64,000 bases of DNA from Candidatus Nanoarchaeia archaeon (GCA_028716945.1 JAQUOT010000002.1:194202-258201); one strand, 5' to 3'; shown: positions 48,762 through 59,750, counted from the stretch's first letter. Made by a program: numbers and translations. Notes: generated by a model not told the origin, from the sequence alone.

Positions 48762-49946
48762 TTATTTTATTAAAGGACTTATTTTCCTTAATTTTTTTAT
48801 TATTGCAGGTAAAACTTCTAAAACTAAATCTATTTCTTCTTCTGTGTTGAATTTTCCAAGACTTAATCTTATAGAACCATGTGCTTCTTCAGGTGTAAGA
48901 CCAATTGCAGTTAGTACATGACTTGGTTTTAATGATTTAGATGAACAAGCACTTCCAGTAGAACTACAAATTCCTTTTGCATCCATATATCCTCCAATAG
49001 ATTCTCCTTCTACATATTTAAAAGAAATATTTATGTTATTACATAATCTTCTATCGTCTTTTCCAAATAGTTTCTTGGATTCATCTATAGAAGGCCCATT
49101 TAATCTTACATCTTCTAAAGCTAATAGTCCATCAATTAATTTATTTCTTAATTTAGTCATATGCTTTATATTTGAAGAGTTATTAGCAAGTTTAACTGCC
49201 TCTGCAAAACCAATAATTCCAGGAACATTTTCTGTACCTGCTCTTAATCTATACTCTTGGTCTCCACCATCGTTTAATTTTTTTAATTTTACTCCATCTC
49301 TAACATATAAAGCACCAACCCCTTTTGGTCCATGTATTTTATGTGCATTCAGAGAAATTAAGTCTACATTTATTTTTTTAACATCTATTGGAACCTTAGT
49401 AAATGATTGAACTGCATCTATATGAAATAAAACTTTTTTCTTTTTACATATCTTTCCTATAGTTTCTATATCTTGTATAGTACCAATTTCATTATTTCCA
49501 TGTATTATTGAAACTAAAACAGTATTTTCCTTGATTTCATTTTCTAATTGAACTAAATCTACAAATCCCTCTTTATCAACTTTGATAAATGAAGTTTCAT
49601 AACCTTGTCTTTTTAATTCTTCAAAAGTTCTTTCAACAGAATGATGTTCTATTTCACTTGTAATTAAATGAACTCTATTATTTTTTGAAAAAGCAACTCC
49701 TTTTATAGCTAAATTATTAGATTCAGAACCACCTGAAGTAAAAATAATCTCAGAAGGCTTTGCATTTATAGATTTAGCAATTGACTCTCTTGCTTCTTCT
49801 AATCCCATTTTAGCTTCTTGACCTTTATGATGTAAAGATGAAGCATTTCCATATTTTTCTGTATAATAAACAGACATTTTTTCAAGAACTTTTGGATCAA
49901 CTTTTGTAGTTGCACCATTATCTAGATATATTGTTTTCATTAGCAT
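48762..49946 (-). CDS. iscS: cysteine desulfurase
   Basis: PLP motif SLNAHKIHGPKGVGALY and C-terminal SSGSACSS. Confidence 0.9.
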   Translation of the reverse strand: MLMKTIYLDNGATTKVDPKVLEKMSVYYTEKYGNASSLHHKGQEAKMGLEEARESIAKSINAKPSEIIFTSGGSESNNLAIKGVAFSKNNRVHLITSEIEHHSVERTFEELKRQGYETSFIKVDKEGFVDLVQLENEIKENTVLVSIIHGNNEIGTIQDIETIGKICKKKKVLFHIDAVQSFTKVPIDVKKINVDLISLNAHKIHGPKGVGALYVRDGVKLKKLNDGGDQEYRLRAGTENVPGIIGFAEAVKLANNSSNIKHMTKLRNKLIDGLLALEDVRLNGPSIDESKKLFGKDDRRLCNNINISFKYVEGESIGGYMDAKGICSSTGSACSSKSLKPSHVLTAIGLTPEEAHGSIRLSLGKFNTEEEIDLVLEVLPAIIKKLRKISPLIK

Positions 49947-50245
49947 TCACACTCCCCGCAATTCATAGGACAATTTTGTCTAATATGATTTTTAACTAAA
50001 TTTAGCAAAGGAACAACTGTTTTTTTGTTTAAAGAATATATTCTTTGTTTACCTTTTTGTTCTACAGTTAGTATTTTGCATTTGGTTAATCTAGTTAGAT
50101 TGTGAGAAACTTTGCTCTGTTCCATACCTGTTTTTTTAACTATATCATTAACAGATAAAGGGCCTTCTTTCAAGAATAAAATTATATTTAATTTAGTTTT
50201 ATTTGCAAAGTTCATAAAAAAACTGTTATATGATAGGAATTTCAT
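49940..50245 (-). CDS. ArsR/SmtB family transcriptional regulator with a C-terminal CPMNCGECEC tail
   Basis: wHTH with the PLSVNDIVKKTGMEQSKVSHNLTRL recognition region. Overlaps the iscS start. Confidence 0.7.
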   Translation of the reverse strand: MKFLSYNSFFMNFANKTKLNIILFLKEGPLSVNDIVKKTGMEQSKVSHNLTRLTKCKILTVEQKGKQRIYSLNKKTVVPLLNLVKNHIRQNCPMNCGECEC

Positions 50246-50277
50246 ATGAAAATATAATCATATGTTATTTATAAATC

Positions 50278-53200
50278 TTATGGTTTTTGAGATATACTTA
50301 CTGTGCTAGAAATTATAATTGAATCAACTTGTTGAATTTCTGTAGTTCCTTCTACAGGTTTATATTTGCTAGGCGTTACAAATTTAACTTCATATTCTCC
50401 TATTTTAGGTATAGCATAACTAAATACTGCTTTTCCTTTTTCATCTGTAGGTTTATATAAATCCCAGAATAATAAACCTTCTGGAAGAACATTTGTATCG
50501 CAACTTTCAACACAAACATTTACTCCAGAAATAGGGTTTCCATCTTTATCTATTAAAGATAAAGCAACTGTATTAATTGGGTCTTTACATACATCTCCTA
50601 TTTTATTTATACAAATTATATTTAATGTTGCACTTGTAAGATCTATACTTTTTTCTAAATAAACAGGAAGATTTACTTTTTGTTCAGGGAAAATATCTAC
50701 TAATCCATCACAATTATCATCAATAAGATTACCACATAATTCTTTCATTCCAGGATTTATATTTATATTATCATCATTACAATCAATTTCTTCTCCACAA
50801 ATATCTCCAATAGTAGTATTCCATCCATCTTTATCTAAATCTGTACATATAACTTTACAATCGTCATCAAGATTATCTATGGTTCCATCACAATCATTAT
50901 CTTTTCCATCAGTACAATAATCTTTTTCAAGCAAAGGTGTAACTTCTCCTACACAATCTCCCCAAATTCCAGATAAACTACAAGTTTGAAGTCCTTCTTT
51001 ACATATTCCTATATTAAGAGTTTCTAAAGAACCAGAATAACATGTTTTAGTTTGGCCTTCAACACATGAACAACCTTCATCAATTCCTTCAACACAATTA
51101 TTATCTATTCCATCACAAGTTTCTTCTTGTGGATCTCCAGGTATAGAATTACATTCTGTTCCAGTTCCATCTTCTTTACATACATAAATACCTATGTTCT
51201 CACAAATTCCTTGCCCAACAATACAAGAATCTCCTTTGTTTATAAAAATTTCATCAGCTCCATTAATACAATTATCATCTAAATTATTACAAATTTCAGT
51301 TGCTCCAGGATTTATATCTTTATTGTCATCATTACAATCAATTATTCCAGCACCAGAACAATCTATAGTTCTATAAGTGTCTTCATCTTTATCATATCCA
51401 TTATTATTATCTGGATTACAATCTTCATCTTCCCCATTACAAAGAATTTCAGTTGCTCCAGGATTTATATCAGGATTATTATCATTGCAATCTCCAAAAG
51501 AATATCCTACTGCAAAGCAATATGCTTTTTCATACCAAATTAAAGAAGAGGAATAATAATCATCTCCGTCTTTATCACAAATATTAGTACAATCTAAATC
51601 TTCAGAATCAGTTAATCCATCACAATCATTATCTATTTTATCGCTCATGGTTTCATCACCACATTTTTCTTCGGTTGCTCCATTTAAAGGGTTACATGTA
51701 TCTTTTTTTATACCATTTTCACAGATATAAATTCCTGTATTTCCAGAACATATTCCTTCTCCACAAGTTGTTGGTTGATTATACCAAGTTTCTCCAGAAC
51801 CATCTAAAGTTTCAGCATTACAATCATTATCTTTTCCATCACATATTTCTATTGCGCCAGTATAAATAGTGTTATCATTATCATCGCAATCATCTCCCCC
51901 TTCACAAAATTCAGCAAAATGTCCATCCCTATCTGCATCACATTTAAAATCAAAAGTATACGCTGTAAAAACTGCGCTATCTATTTGAGGAATACTATCA
52001 AATTGAATAGATTTTGTAAAATCAAGAGTACTTATTGTTTGTTCAGGCTTTAATGACGTCGCTATATAACTATTTTCCAAATGTTTTTCTAATCTAGAAT
52101 CAAATATAAATCTAGTTCCATATTCTTTAGCAATAGTAAAACTAGGTATTCTTTGTAAATTACATATTACCTCATATTTCTTTGTATAAGTTTCATCATC
52201 TTTAGTAGAAGCAATACAAGAACATCCTTGATTATTTGTAGTGTTACATGCATGTATTGATTTTAATGCGATATTTTTCAAATAAGGATTATAGTATTTT
52301 CCTAAAGAAGAAGTTAAAATTGGAGTTCCTTCTGGAGTTTTTAGAGATATAATCAATTGTATATTTTCTGGAACAGGAACGTCTTCTTTAAAATTAAATT
52401 CTATTGGACCAAGATAATAATAATTACTATCTTCTGTCCCAAATTCTTTTTTAAGAGGTAATTCTTGTTCAATTACTATATTTTTATCAGGAGATATATA
52501 TTCCTTAGTTGCTAAATCAATAATTTGTAAATTATATGTAGAACCTGCTGGAATTGGTTTTGCTAAAGGACTATAACTATCAAAAACAACATTTGTTTGA
52601 TAAACCTTAGCAAGCTCTCCAGGAGCATATTCTAATTTATCTAAATTAACAGATTTAACTGCCCAGGCAGGAATATCCACAATGTAATTTGCTGCGGTTC
52701 CTGTTCCTTGTATAAAACTCATTACATTTCCAGATGAATCTTTTATTATTAAACTAGCATAACCTGCTGCTCCTACAAAACATTCTGGACTTGGATCTAA
52801 TTTAATAGTTAATTCTTCACCTGTAGGAATAGTTATCGCTTCTCCCATTCTACTACAAGATCTAGCTTCGGAATTTGGTCCAAAAATATTAGTTATAATT
52901 AAATCATAAGTTCCTGTAAAATCACTACTTCTTGTATTTTTTACAACAAATTTAGCTCCGATAACTCTTTCTTCTGAAATCAAAGATTGATTAACGTAAG
53001 CCGGATGCGTTGGTAACCAATTAAAAGAAGATATAGTTAAAAAGGGGCAACCTAGTCCTCCTTCATATTTAATTTTCATAGGTAAAGAATACATTATAGG
53101 AGTTCCCCAAGGAGAAATATAAATTTTTAAATCTTTTTCTCCTTCACAAGTTGTTGAAAGAAAACTAGTTTCTATACTCATAGAAATTTTATTCTCTGCA

Positions 53201-53514
53201 CCAATTTTTAAATCTAAATATTTTTTTTCAAAATTATAAGGATATATTCCAAAATATGTTCCTGAAAAAGGAATATTTCCAGTATTGATAGCATCAAATT
53301 TTACATAAAACTTTTGTCCATAAGTTATTGGAGAACCATCTATATTAGTTATTACACTAATTCCTTCTCTGGGATATAATTGATTTCCAGAAATATCAGT
53401 AATCTTTATATTTTCAATAGTAACTTGTTGAATAGCATATGAGATATTAGCAAATAATATACTAAATACTAACAAAAACATACAAATTATTATTTTTTTA
53501 TTTAACATAAACAA
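50278..53514 (-). CDS. giant secreted Cys-rich repeat protein with MopE-type putative metal-binding motifs
   Basis: Signal peptide. At least eight units of CxDxDxxxxPGAxExC(N/D)GxDxDCN. Confidence 0.7.
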   Translation of the reverse strand: MFMLNKKIIICMFLLVFSILFANISYAIQQVTIENIKITDISGNQLYPREGISVITNIDGSPITYGQKFYVKFDAINTGNIPFSGTYFGIYPYNFEKKYLDLKIGAENKISMSIETSFLSTTCEGEKDLKIYISPWGTPIMYSLPMKIKYEGGLGCPFLTISSFNWLPTHPAYVNQSLISEERVIGAKFVVKNTRSSDFTGTYDLIITNIFGPNSEARSCSRMGEAITIPTGEELTIKLDPSPECFVGAAGYASLIIKDSSGNVMSFIQGTGTAANYIVDIPAWAVKSVNLDKLEYAPGELAKVYQTNVVFDSYSPLAKPIPAGSTYNLQIIDLATKEYISPDKNIVIEQELPLKKEFGTEDSNYYYLGPIEFNFKEDVPVPENIQLIISLKTPEGTPILTSSLGKYYNPYLKNIALKSIHACNTTNNQGCSCIASTKDDETYTKKYEVICNLQRIPSFTIAKEYGTRFIFDSRLEKHLENSYIATSLKPEQTISTLDFTKSIQFDSIPQIDSAVFTAYTFDFKCDADRDGHFAEFCEGGDDCDDNDNTIYTGAIEICDGKDNDCNAETLDGSGETWYNQPTTCGEGICSGNTGIYICENGIKKDTCNPLNGATEEKCGDETMSDKIDNDCDGLTDSEDLDCTNICDKDGDDYYSSSLIWYEKAYCFAVGYSFGDCNDNNPDINPGATEILCNGEDEDCNPDNNNGYDKDEDTYRTIDCSGAGIIDCNDDNKDINPGATEICNNLDDNCINGADEIFINKGDSCIVGQGICENIGIYVCKEDGTGTECNSIPGDPQEETCDGIDNNCVEGIDEGCSCVEGQTKTCYSGSLETLNIGICKEGLQTCSLSGIWGDCVGEVTPLLEKDYCTDGKDNDCDGTIDNLDDDCKVICTDLDKDGWNTTIGDICGEEIDCNDDNININPGMKELCGNLIDDNCDGLVDIFPEQKVNLPVYLEKSIDLTSATLNIICINKIGDVCKDPINTVALSLIDKDGNPISGVNVCVESCDTNVLPEGLLFWDLYKPTDEKGKAVFSYAIPKIGEYEVKFVTPSKYKPVEGTTEIQQVDSIIISSTVSISQKP

Positions 53515-54332
53515 TCTTCTCCATCACAATCTTCATCTATTCCATTACCTAATATTTCTTCTGCTCCAGGATGGACTAAATCATTACTATCATCGCAATC
53601 AGTTCCACCACAACTATTACTAGTATATCCATCTTTATCAGAATCAGAACAAGTTGGACCGCTACTAGAACTTCCACCGCCAGAACTACTTCCCCCCCCA
53701 GATCTTCTACAATTAGAAATATCATAACTACAACCATCACAAGATAAGACTCCCCTATCATAATTATCAAAATCAGAGCAAGAAAGCCCATTTAAGTTAT
53801 CTTTAGAACAATCACATTCAGCTTCAATCCTATATCCACTTGCAACGGTTTCAGCTACACATTTTTTAATAATTTCTGTTTTTACTAAATTATCACAAGT
53901 AACATTTCTATTTTCTATAAATATTACTGGGTATAATTCAATATTTTTTGCAGTAATGTCTGTTGGTGCTGCATATCCAATAATATATTGTTTAGTTTCA
54001 TAAACATTCACACTTTTTTCTGCGGTTCCAGAATCAATAACTTGGTCCCAAGATTTTAATCTATATTTTAAAGCAACAATGTTTTTATCCGCTTGATTTT
54101 CTAAATTAATTTCTATTATTTTACTATTAGTATAACAAATATCTTTTATCCCAAAATAAACATTTGAACAAGCAAGACTAATCACAGATTCTATTCTTGT
54201 TTTTTCTTGCTGATTTTTAAAATAATTATATCCCCAGAAAATTATCATAATCGCCAATATTATAACAAGAGAAATTATAATAACGTTGGATACTATTTCT
54301 GATACCCCTCTCTTTGACATTTTATTTTTCAT
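53502..54332 (-). CDS. pilin-like protein (class III signal peptide) with a C-terminal poly-Gly/Ser linker and a MopE-type Cys motif
   Basis: N-terminus SKRGVSEIVSNVIIISLVIILA. C-terminus CDDSNDLVHPGAEEILGNGIDEDCDGEDC. Confidence 0.6.
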   Translation of the reverse strand: MKNKMSKRGVSEIVSNVIIISLVIILAIMIIFWGYNYFKNQQEKTRIESVISLACSNVYFGIKDICYTNSKIIEINLENQADKNIVALKYRLKSWDQVIDSGTAEKSVNVYETKQYIIGYAAPTDITAKNIELYPVIFIENRNVTCDNLVKTEIIKKCVAETVASGYRIEAECDCSKDNLNGLSCSDFDNYDRGVLSCDGCSYDISNCRRSGGGSSSGGGSSSSGPTCSDSDKDGYTSNSCGGTDCDDSNDLVHPGAEEILGNGIDEDCDGEDCLC

Positions 54333-54334
54333 AT

Positions 54335-56437
54335 TTAATCGAACATTGAGAAAGCGCCACCATTTCCACTACCAAATCTTCTATCTTTGTCTGCGCCTGC
54401 TCTTATTCTTCTTTTAAAATCAGCTATATCTTGCTCATTTGCCTTTCCAAATCCAGAAGTATTTCTTAAACTACTTGCTGTTCTTCTTATAGGTATAGAT
54501 TTTCCAATCTTATCATTAACTATTTGAACCCCAGGTTTATCAAAATCAATATTTTCTGGTTGACTTACAGCTTTTTTTCCAGAACCAAACTTTAATTTTC
54601 CACCATATTTTACTAATAAACCCAATAAAACAATAACACCTATAATTGCTAAAGAAGTGAATCCCATATTAGATATATCTTTAGATTGTTGATAGATTGT
54701 AAAACCTGTTAAACTAACTAAACCATCTAATGCTTTTTCAAATATGTTTCTTTCGTCTGTTATTGTTACAGAATCAAAAGTTTTATCCATTATTTTGATT
54801 GAATAAGTTCCTGGTTTGAATAATTTAAATAATTCAATAGATTTTGTCTGATTTGGTGCTAAATAGAATTTTTGTATTGAAGTATCGGATATATCTCCAG
54901 AAGCTTCTATACTAACTTCATCTTCAAATTTATCATTACCCCTATTAGTAAGACTTAATTCTTGTCCAGATAAAAGAATATCAATTATTTCTACAACTTC
55001 TACATTTAAATCCTTAGTTGCTTTAAGACCTTCAGATTTTATATTAACCTTCCAAATACCAGGATAAGCAAATTCTGGTAAATCATATTTCACTTCGTTT
55101 CCAGTCATATCAATTACACTAAATACGATATCATTTTTTGTATTTCTTATTTCAATATCAACTTTTCTTTGTAAAGCATCATTAGCTTGATCATTTAATA
55201 TAGGTTTTATTATAACTGTTTGTTGTGGTTGATATGCTTCCTTATCCAATTCTATTGATAAAGTTGTAGGAACTGGAATAACGTCTATTTTGGTTGTAGC
55301 TTCTCCGTAATTCAAACTTTGATCTTCTGCATTGAATGAAATATTATGATAATAAGATTTTATTATTTTTATAAGGGGTATATTAAAAGTGAATTTTCCT
55401 TCAAGTATATCTGTTGTATAATTTTTATCATCGAAATTGATATTTACTTTAACTCCAGAAACTGCTCCACCTATTTTTTTATAAACTGTTCCAGTAATCT
55501 TTACTATTTCTTCTGGAAGATAAGATTGCTTATCAGTTAATCCACTTACAATCAAATTATTATATAAATTAAATTGTAAAGTATTTTCAAATAAATATTT
55601 ATTTCCATTATTATCAGAAGCTTCTACAAATACCGAATAAGCTCCCGCAGGCATAGAAATTAATTTTGTTTTGTAATTAAATGCGCCAGCAGTAATTGGA
55701 ACTGTATCTACAATATAATTAATTCCGTCTTTTTTAATATAAATTACAGACATACCATTAATGTTTATATCTTTCAAATTAAGAATATTTCCAGAAATTA
55801 TAATATCGTCCCCTAATTGAAATTCTGGTTTATTTATAGCAAAAACTCCTTTCAATTGTTTTGTAATTTCTAATGAACTTGAAGTTGTTTCATCTATTAA
55901 TGTTCCAGAAGTCATATCATTAAAACTTACTCTAAAAGAACAAGTTCCTAATAATTCTCCTGTTATTGGTAAATCATAAGAAAAGGATTCAAGTATATCT
56001 TTTTTTAATCTTAAAGATTTTGCAGCTAATTGAACGCTTTGTAAATCAGAAGTGGTTGTAACTGGTTCTGTTACTGTTCTTGTTACAGTTTCTGTTCCAT
56101 CACTATTAAAATCTTTACAAAAATGTTCCCAACAAACTTCTTCTCCAGAACATTCATCATCTTCATAACAAGCTTTTCTTTCAACTACTTCTTCGTCTAC
56201 TTCTATTGTTTCATTTACTGTGATAGTCCTATATTCTGTAGTTGTTGTTCCACATTCCATAAAAATATTTAAAATTCCATTAACGTCGTTTGCTTCTGTT
56301 ATAGAACCTTTTAAATTGATTTTCTCTCCAAGATTATATTGTGGATTTAAAGTGCTATCAATGGTAATTGCAGAATAAACTTGAGGTAAGATAAAGATTC
56401 CTAGAATAAAAAATATGAATAAAACGCTCTTTTTCAT
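54335..56437 (-). CDS. large surface protein (possible S-layer or adhesin) with signal peptide and a C-terminal TM anchor
   Basis: Signal peptide, about 640-aa beta-rich ectodomain, then TM (LAIIGVIVLLGLLV) and a Gly/Lys-rich tail. Confidence 0.55.
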   Translation of the reverse strand: MKKSVLFIFFILGIFILPQVYSAITIDSTLNPQYNLGEKINLKGSITEANDVNGILNIFMECGTTTTEYRTITVNETIEVDEEVVERKACYEDDECSGEEVCWEHFCKDFNSDGTETVTRTVTEPVTTTSDLQSVQLAAKSLRLKKDILESFSYDLPITGELLGTCSFRVSFNDMTSGTLIDETTSSSLEITKQLKGVFAINKPEFQLGDDIIISGNILNLKDININGMSVIYIKKDGINYIVDTVPITAGAFNYKTKLISMPAGAYSVFVEASDNNGNKYLFENTLQFNLYNNLIVSGLTDKQSYLPEEIVKITGTVYKKIGGAVSGVKVNINFDDKNYTTDILEGKFTFNIPLIKIIKSYYHNISFNAEDQSLNYGEATTKIDVIPVPTTLSIELDKEAYQPQQTVIIKPILNDQANDALQRKVDIEIRNTKNDIVFSVIDMTGNEVKYDLPEFAYPGIWKVNIKSEGLKATKDLNVEVVEIIDILLSGQELSLTNRGNDKFEDEVSIEASGDISDTSIQKFYLAPNQTKSIELFKLFKPGTYSIKIMDKTFDSVTITDERNIFEKALDGLVSLTGFTIYQQSKDISNMGFTSLAIIGVIVLLGLLVKYGGKLKFGSGKKAVSQPENIDFDKPGVQIVNDKIGKSIPIRRTASSLRNTSGFGKANEQDIADFKRRIRAGADKDRRFGSGNGGAFSMFD

Positions 56438-56527
56438 CGTTAATTAAGTATTTTATATTATTTAAATAGTTTACTATAACATAATATTTATATAGTAAAA
56501 TTCAGTTTTTAGTAAAGCCATACGATA

Positions 56528-56537
56528 TTTTTATATA
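56528..56537 (+). promoter_or_regulatory. TATA-like box (TTTTTATATA) centred ~26 nt upstream of the thrS ATG
   Basis: Sequence and spacing. Confidence 0.3.
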
Positions 56538-56558
56538 CTTAATCTTTATTAAAAGATT

Positions 56559-58430
56559 ATGAAATTTTTAAGCTTACACTGCGATTATATAAAATTCAAA
56601 GCTTTAAAAAAAGCAATAAATTCCATAGAATTAAAGGAAGAAGATAAAAAATTAAAAGAAATTAAAGAAACCTTAGTTATACTTACCGCAGTTGAAAAAG
56701 AAGATTCTATTGCTTTAGTTGAAGATTATGTTAAAAACATAGAGGATATTGCAAAACAAGTTAAAACAAATTGTATTGTTTTATATCCTTATGCTCATCT
56801 ATCTTCTCAGCTTGCTTCTCCAGATATAGCAGTTAAAGTGCTTGAGAAAGCTGAAGAAATTCTTAAAAAAGATAAATTCAAGGTTGTAAGGGCCCCATTT
56901 GGAGTTTATAAAGAATTTGAGCTAAAATGTAAGGGTCATCCTCTAAGTGAATTATCTAGAGAATTAAAAATGGGAGATATTCCAAAAGGAAAAACCCAAA
57001 GAGAAGAAATAGTAGAAAAAATAGATAGAAAATATTATTTCTTAACCCCCCAAGGAAAAGAATATAAAGTTGATGTAGAAAACTTAGAAGAAATTAAAAA
57101 AGTATTGGGAGAAATTAAAAACGAAGATCTTTCTACTTATATTTTATTCAATGAGATAAAACATGTAACAGGAAAAGAGCCTCCTTCAATTAAAGAAATG
57201 CAACAACAAGAATTAGTTGGATATGCTCCAGAAGCGGATGTTGGTCATTTCAAATTTTATCCAAAAGGAAATTTAATTTTTGAATTATTAAAAGAATGGG
57301 CATATGAAATTGCAGTAAATAGACTACATTCTCTCCAGATAGAAACACCTGTAATTTATGATTGGGCAGATCCTGAAATAAGAGAACAAGGTGGAAGTTT
57401 CCATGAGAGACATTATGTTGTAAAAGCAACAGATGATCCAAAAAAAGAATGGGTCTTGAGATTTGCAGGAGACTTTGGATTATTTAAAATAATGAAAAAG
57501 GCAAATATAAGTTATAATAATTTACCAATAAGAATGTACGAATTTAGTAAGAGTTTTAGATACGAACAAAAAGGAGAATTATCTGGATTAAGAAGATTAA
57601 GAGCATTCCACATGCCAGACATTCACAGCTTTACATCTGATTTAAATTCTGGGTGGGCAGAATATAAAGAATTATATAAAAATTATGATGATCTAGCTAA
57701 GGGAACAGGAATAAAATATGCAATAGTTTTCAGAGTTGTTGAAGACTTTTATAAAAAATACAAAGACCAAATTATTGAAATGTTAAAATATTCGAAAGCC
57801 CCGGCTTTTATAGAAACTCTTTCAGGTATGAAACATTATTGGGCAGTCAAGCACGAATTTCAAGGATTAGATTCTGTTAATGGATCTACTCAACTTTCAA
57901 CAGTTCAACTAGATGTAAAAGATGCAGAAACATATGGGATAGTTTATACAGATAAAGATAATAAAAAGAAAGGATGCACTATAGTTCATAGCTCTGTTGG
58001 AAGTATAGAAAGATGGTTTTTCTGTATATTAGAAAAAGCATTTTTAGATAAATCTTATATGTGGCCATATTGGCTTTCTCCAACACAATTAAGAATAGCA
58101 ACTGTTGCAGATAGATTTAATAAAGACGCAGAAAAATCAGCTGAAGATTTTAATAAGTTAGGAATAAGAACAGATATTGATGATAGATCTATAACTCTAC
58201 CAAAGAAAATTTCTGAATCAGAAAGGGAATGGATTCCCTATACAATTGTAATAGGAGAAAAAGAAATATCTTCTGGAAAATTGGCTTTAAGAATAAGAGG
58301 AAATAAAGAAATTGAAAATTTGACAAAAGAAGAATTAATTAAAAAATTAAAATCTCAACAAGGAAATATGCCTTGGAAACCATTGCCTCTTAATATATTA
58401 TTAAGTAAAAGACCTATTTTTTACGGATGA
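56559..58430 (+). CDS. thrS: threonyl-tRNA synthetase, archaeal type with N-terminal editing domain
   Basis: N-terminus matches the archaeal ThrRS editing domain (compare Pyrococcus LIHSDYIEYE...VYPFAHLSSELAKP...CKGHPLAELSR). Class II motifs FRYEQ, RAFHMPDIH, GSIERW. Confidence 0.9.
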   Translation: MKFLSLHCDYIKFKALKKAINSIELKEEDKKLKEIKETLVILTAVEKEDSIALVEDYVKNIEDIAKQVKTNCIVLYPYAHLSSQLASPDIAVKVLEKAEEILKKDKFKVVRAPFGVYKEFELKCKGHPLSELSRELKMGDIPKGKTQREEIVEKIDRKYYFLTPQGKEYKVDVENLEEIKKVLGEIKNEDLSTYILFNEIKHVTGKEPPSIKEMQQQELVGYAPEADVGHFKFYPKGNLIFELLKEWAYEIAVNRLHSLQIETPVIYDWADPEIREQGGSFHERHYVVKATDDPKKEWVLRFAGDFGLFKIMKKANISYNNLPIRMYEFSKSFRYEQKGELSGLRRLRAFHMPDIHSFTSDLNSGWAEYKELYKNYDDLAKGTGIKYAIVFRVVEDFYKKYKDQIIEMLKYSKAPAFIETLSGMKHYWAVKHEFQGLDSVNGSTQLSTVQLDVKDAETYGIVYTDKDNKKKGCTIVHSSVGSIERWFFCILEKAFLDKSYMWPYWLSPTQLRIATVADRFNKDAEKSAEDFNKLGIRTDIDDRSITLPKKISESEREWIPYTIVIGEKEISSGKLALRIRGNKEIENLTKEELIKKLKSQQGNMPWKPLPLNILLSKRPIFYG

Positions 58431-59750
58431 TTTATTTTTTAATTTTGTGAGAGCTACTCCTATTAGTAATACAATTCCAGTTATTAATGCAGGATAAATT
58501 GCTTCTGCTTGATTTATTGCTATTCTTCCCATAAATATTTGTATTAAATATATTACTAATCCAACTGATATACTAATTCCAAGTATTTTTTTAGGAATTG
58601 ATATAAAGAAAGATAAAAATAAAGGCAAAAATATAAGTGCAGCAAAACCATTTATTGTATATGCAAAAGTTAATGTATCATAAACTGTTAATGAAATTAT
58701 TCCACCTCCAATTAAAAGAGCAGCAGTAAATATACGCGTCCATAAAACACGTCTTTTCATAAATGATTTACGCAGAGAAGATAAATCAACCGCTAATAAA
58801 AATGTTGCTGAATCAAGGCTAGACATCATTGCAGCCAAAAGTATAACTGGGAAAAATGCAGCTATAATGGGGGGAAGAATATTTTTATATCCTTGAGCAA
58901 AAGCATCTGTTGGTGATAAACCTGGTGAGGCTTGTACAACTGCTAAAGAATAATAAAATATGAAGCAAGCAAGCAAGAAATAAAGAAGAGCAGTTATTCT
59001 TAGACCTTTTGCAGCTACTTTTCCACTAGAAGAGCTATAAATTCTTTCCCAAATTTCTGGTCTAGTTATTGTTAAAGAAAAGGACATTAAAAATAGAAGA
59101 AGCATATTAAAAGATACAAATTTAAAATTCAATGAAGATAAAATATTTGGTTTTGGAAATATAAAAAAAGGTAAAAGTATTGTGATAAATAAAAGTATTC
59201 CTTGAAATATATCTGTTTTAACAACTGCTCTATAACCCCCCATTAGAATATAAGCCAATACTATTAAAACTGTTAGAGCTGTAGAAGCAAAGGCTGACCA
59301 ATGAAGAATCCCTTTAAATAAAATTCCATTCATATTTATTTGAAGTATAATTACCCAAGCTAAAAAGATTAACAAAGCTATCTTAGCAAATCTTCCACTA
59401 AACCCACCCCATTCTTTTCTACAGTAATCTGAAATACACATATAATTATTTTTAGAACCACTTTCTCTTGCTTTAGAAGCAATAAAAGACATAACAATTA
59501 ATCCTACAACCGAACCCATTATAGCTGCTAATCCCCCCAAAGGACCATAGGCAACAGTAAGAGCTACACCAAAGAAAAACATGGATTCAGTAACTAAGGT
59601 TGCAAAAAGAGTCATCACTGTGGAAAATTTACTCATTTTACGATTACCAATAAGAAATTCATTAAGAGTTTCTCCTGAAAGGCAAAAATAACCTATAGCT
59701 ATAACAATAATAGAATAGATTATTATAAGGATTATATCAATGGGTAACAT
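58401..59750 (-). CDS. sodium:solute symporter family transporter
   Basis: About 13 TM helices. SSF-like N-terminal region (TLNEFLIGNRKMS). Confidence 0.7.
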   Translation of the reverse strand: MLPIDIILIIIYSIIVIAIGYFCLSGETLNEFLIGNRKMSKFSTVMTLFATLVTESMFFFGVALTVAYGPLGGLAAIMGSVVGLIVMSFIASKARESGSKNNYMCISDYCRKEWGGFSGRFAKIALLIFLAWVIILQINMNGILFKGILHWSAFASTALTVLIVLAYILMGGYRAVVKTDIFQGILLFITILLPFFIFPKPNILSSLNFKFVSFNMLLLFLMSFSLTITRPEIWERIYSSSSGKVAAKGLRITALLYFLLACFIFYYSLAVVQASPGLSPTDAFAQGYKNILPPIIAAFFPVILLAAMMSSLDSATFLLAVDLSSLRKSFMKRRVLWTRIFTAALLIGGGIISLTVYDTLTFAYTINGFAALIFLPLFLSFFISIPKKILGISISVGLVIYLIQIFMGRIAINQAEAIYPALITGIVLLIGVALTKLKNKSSVKNRSFT

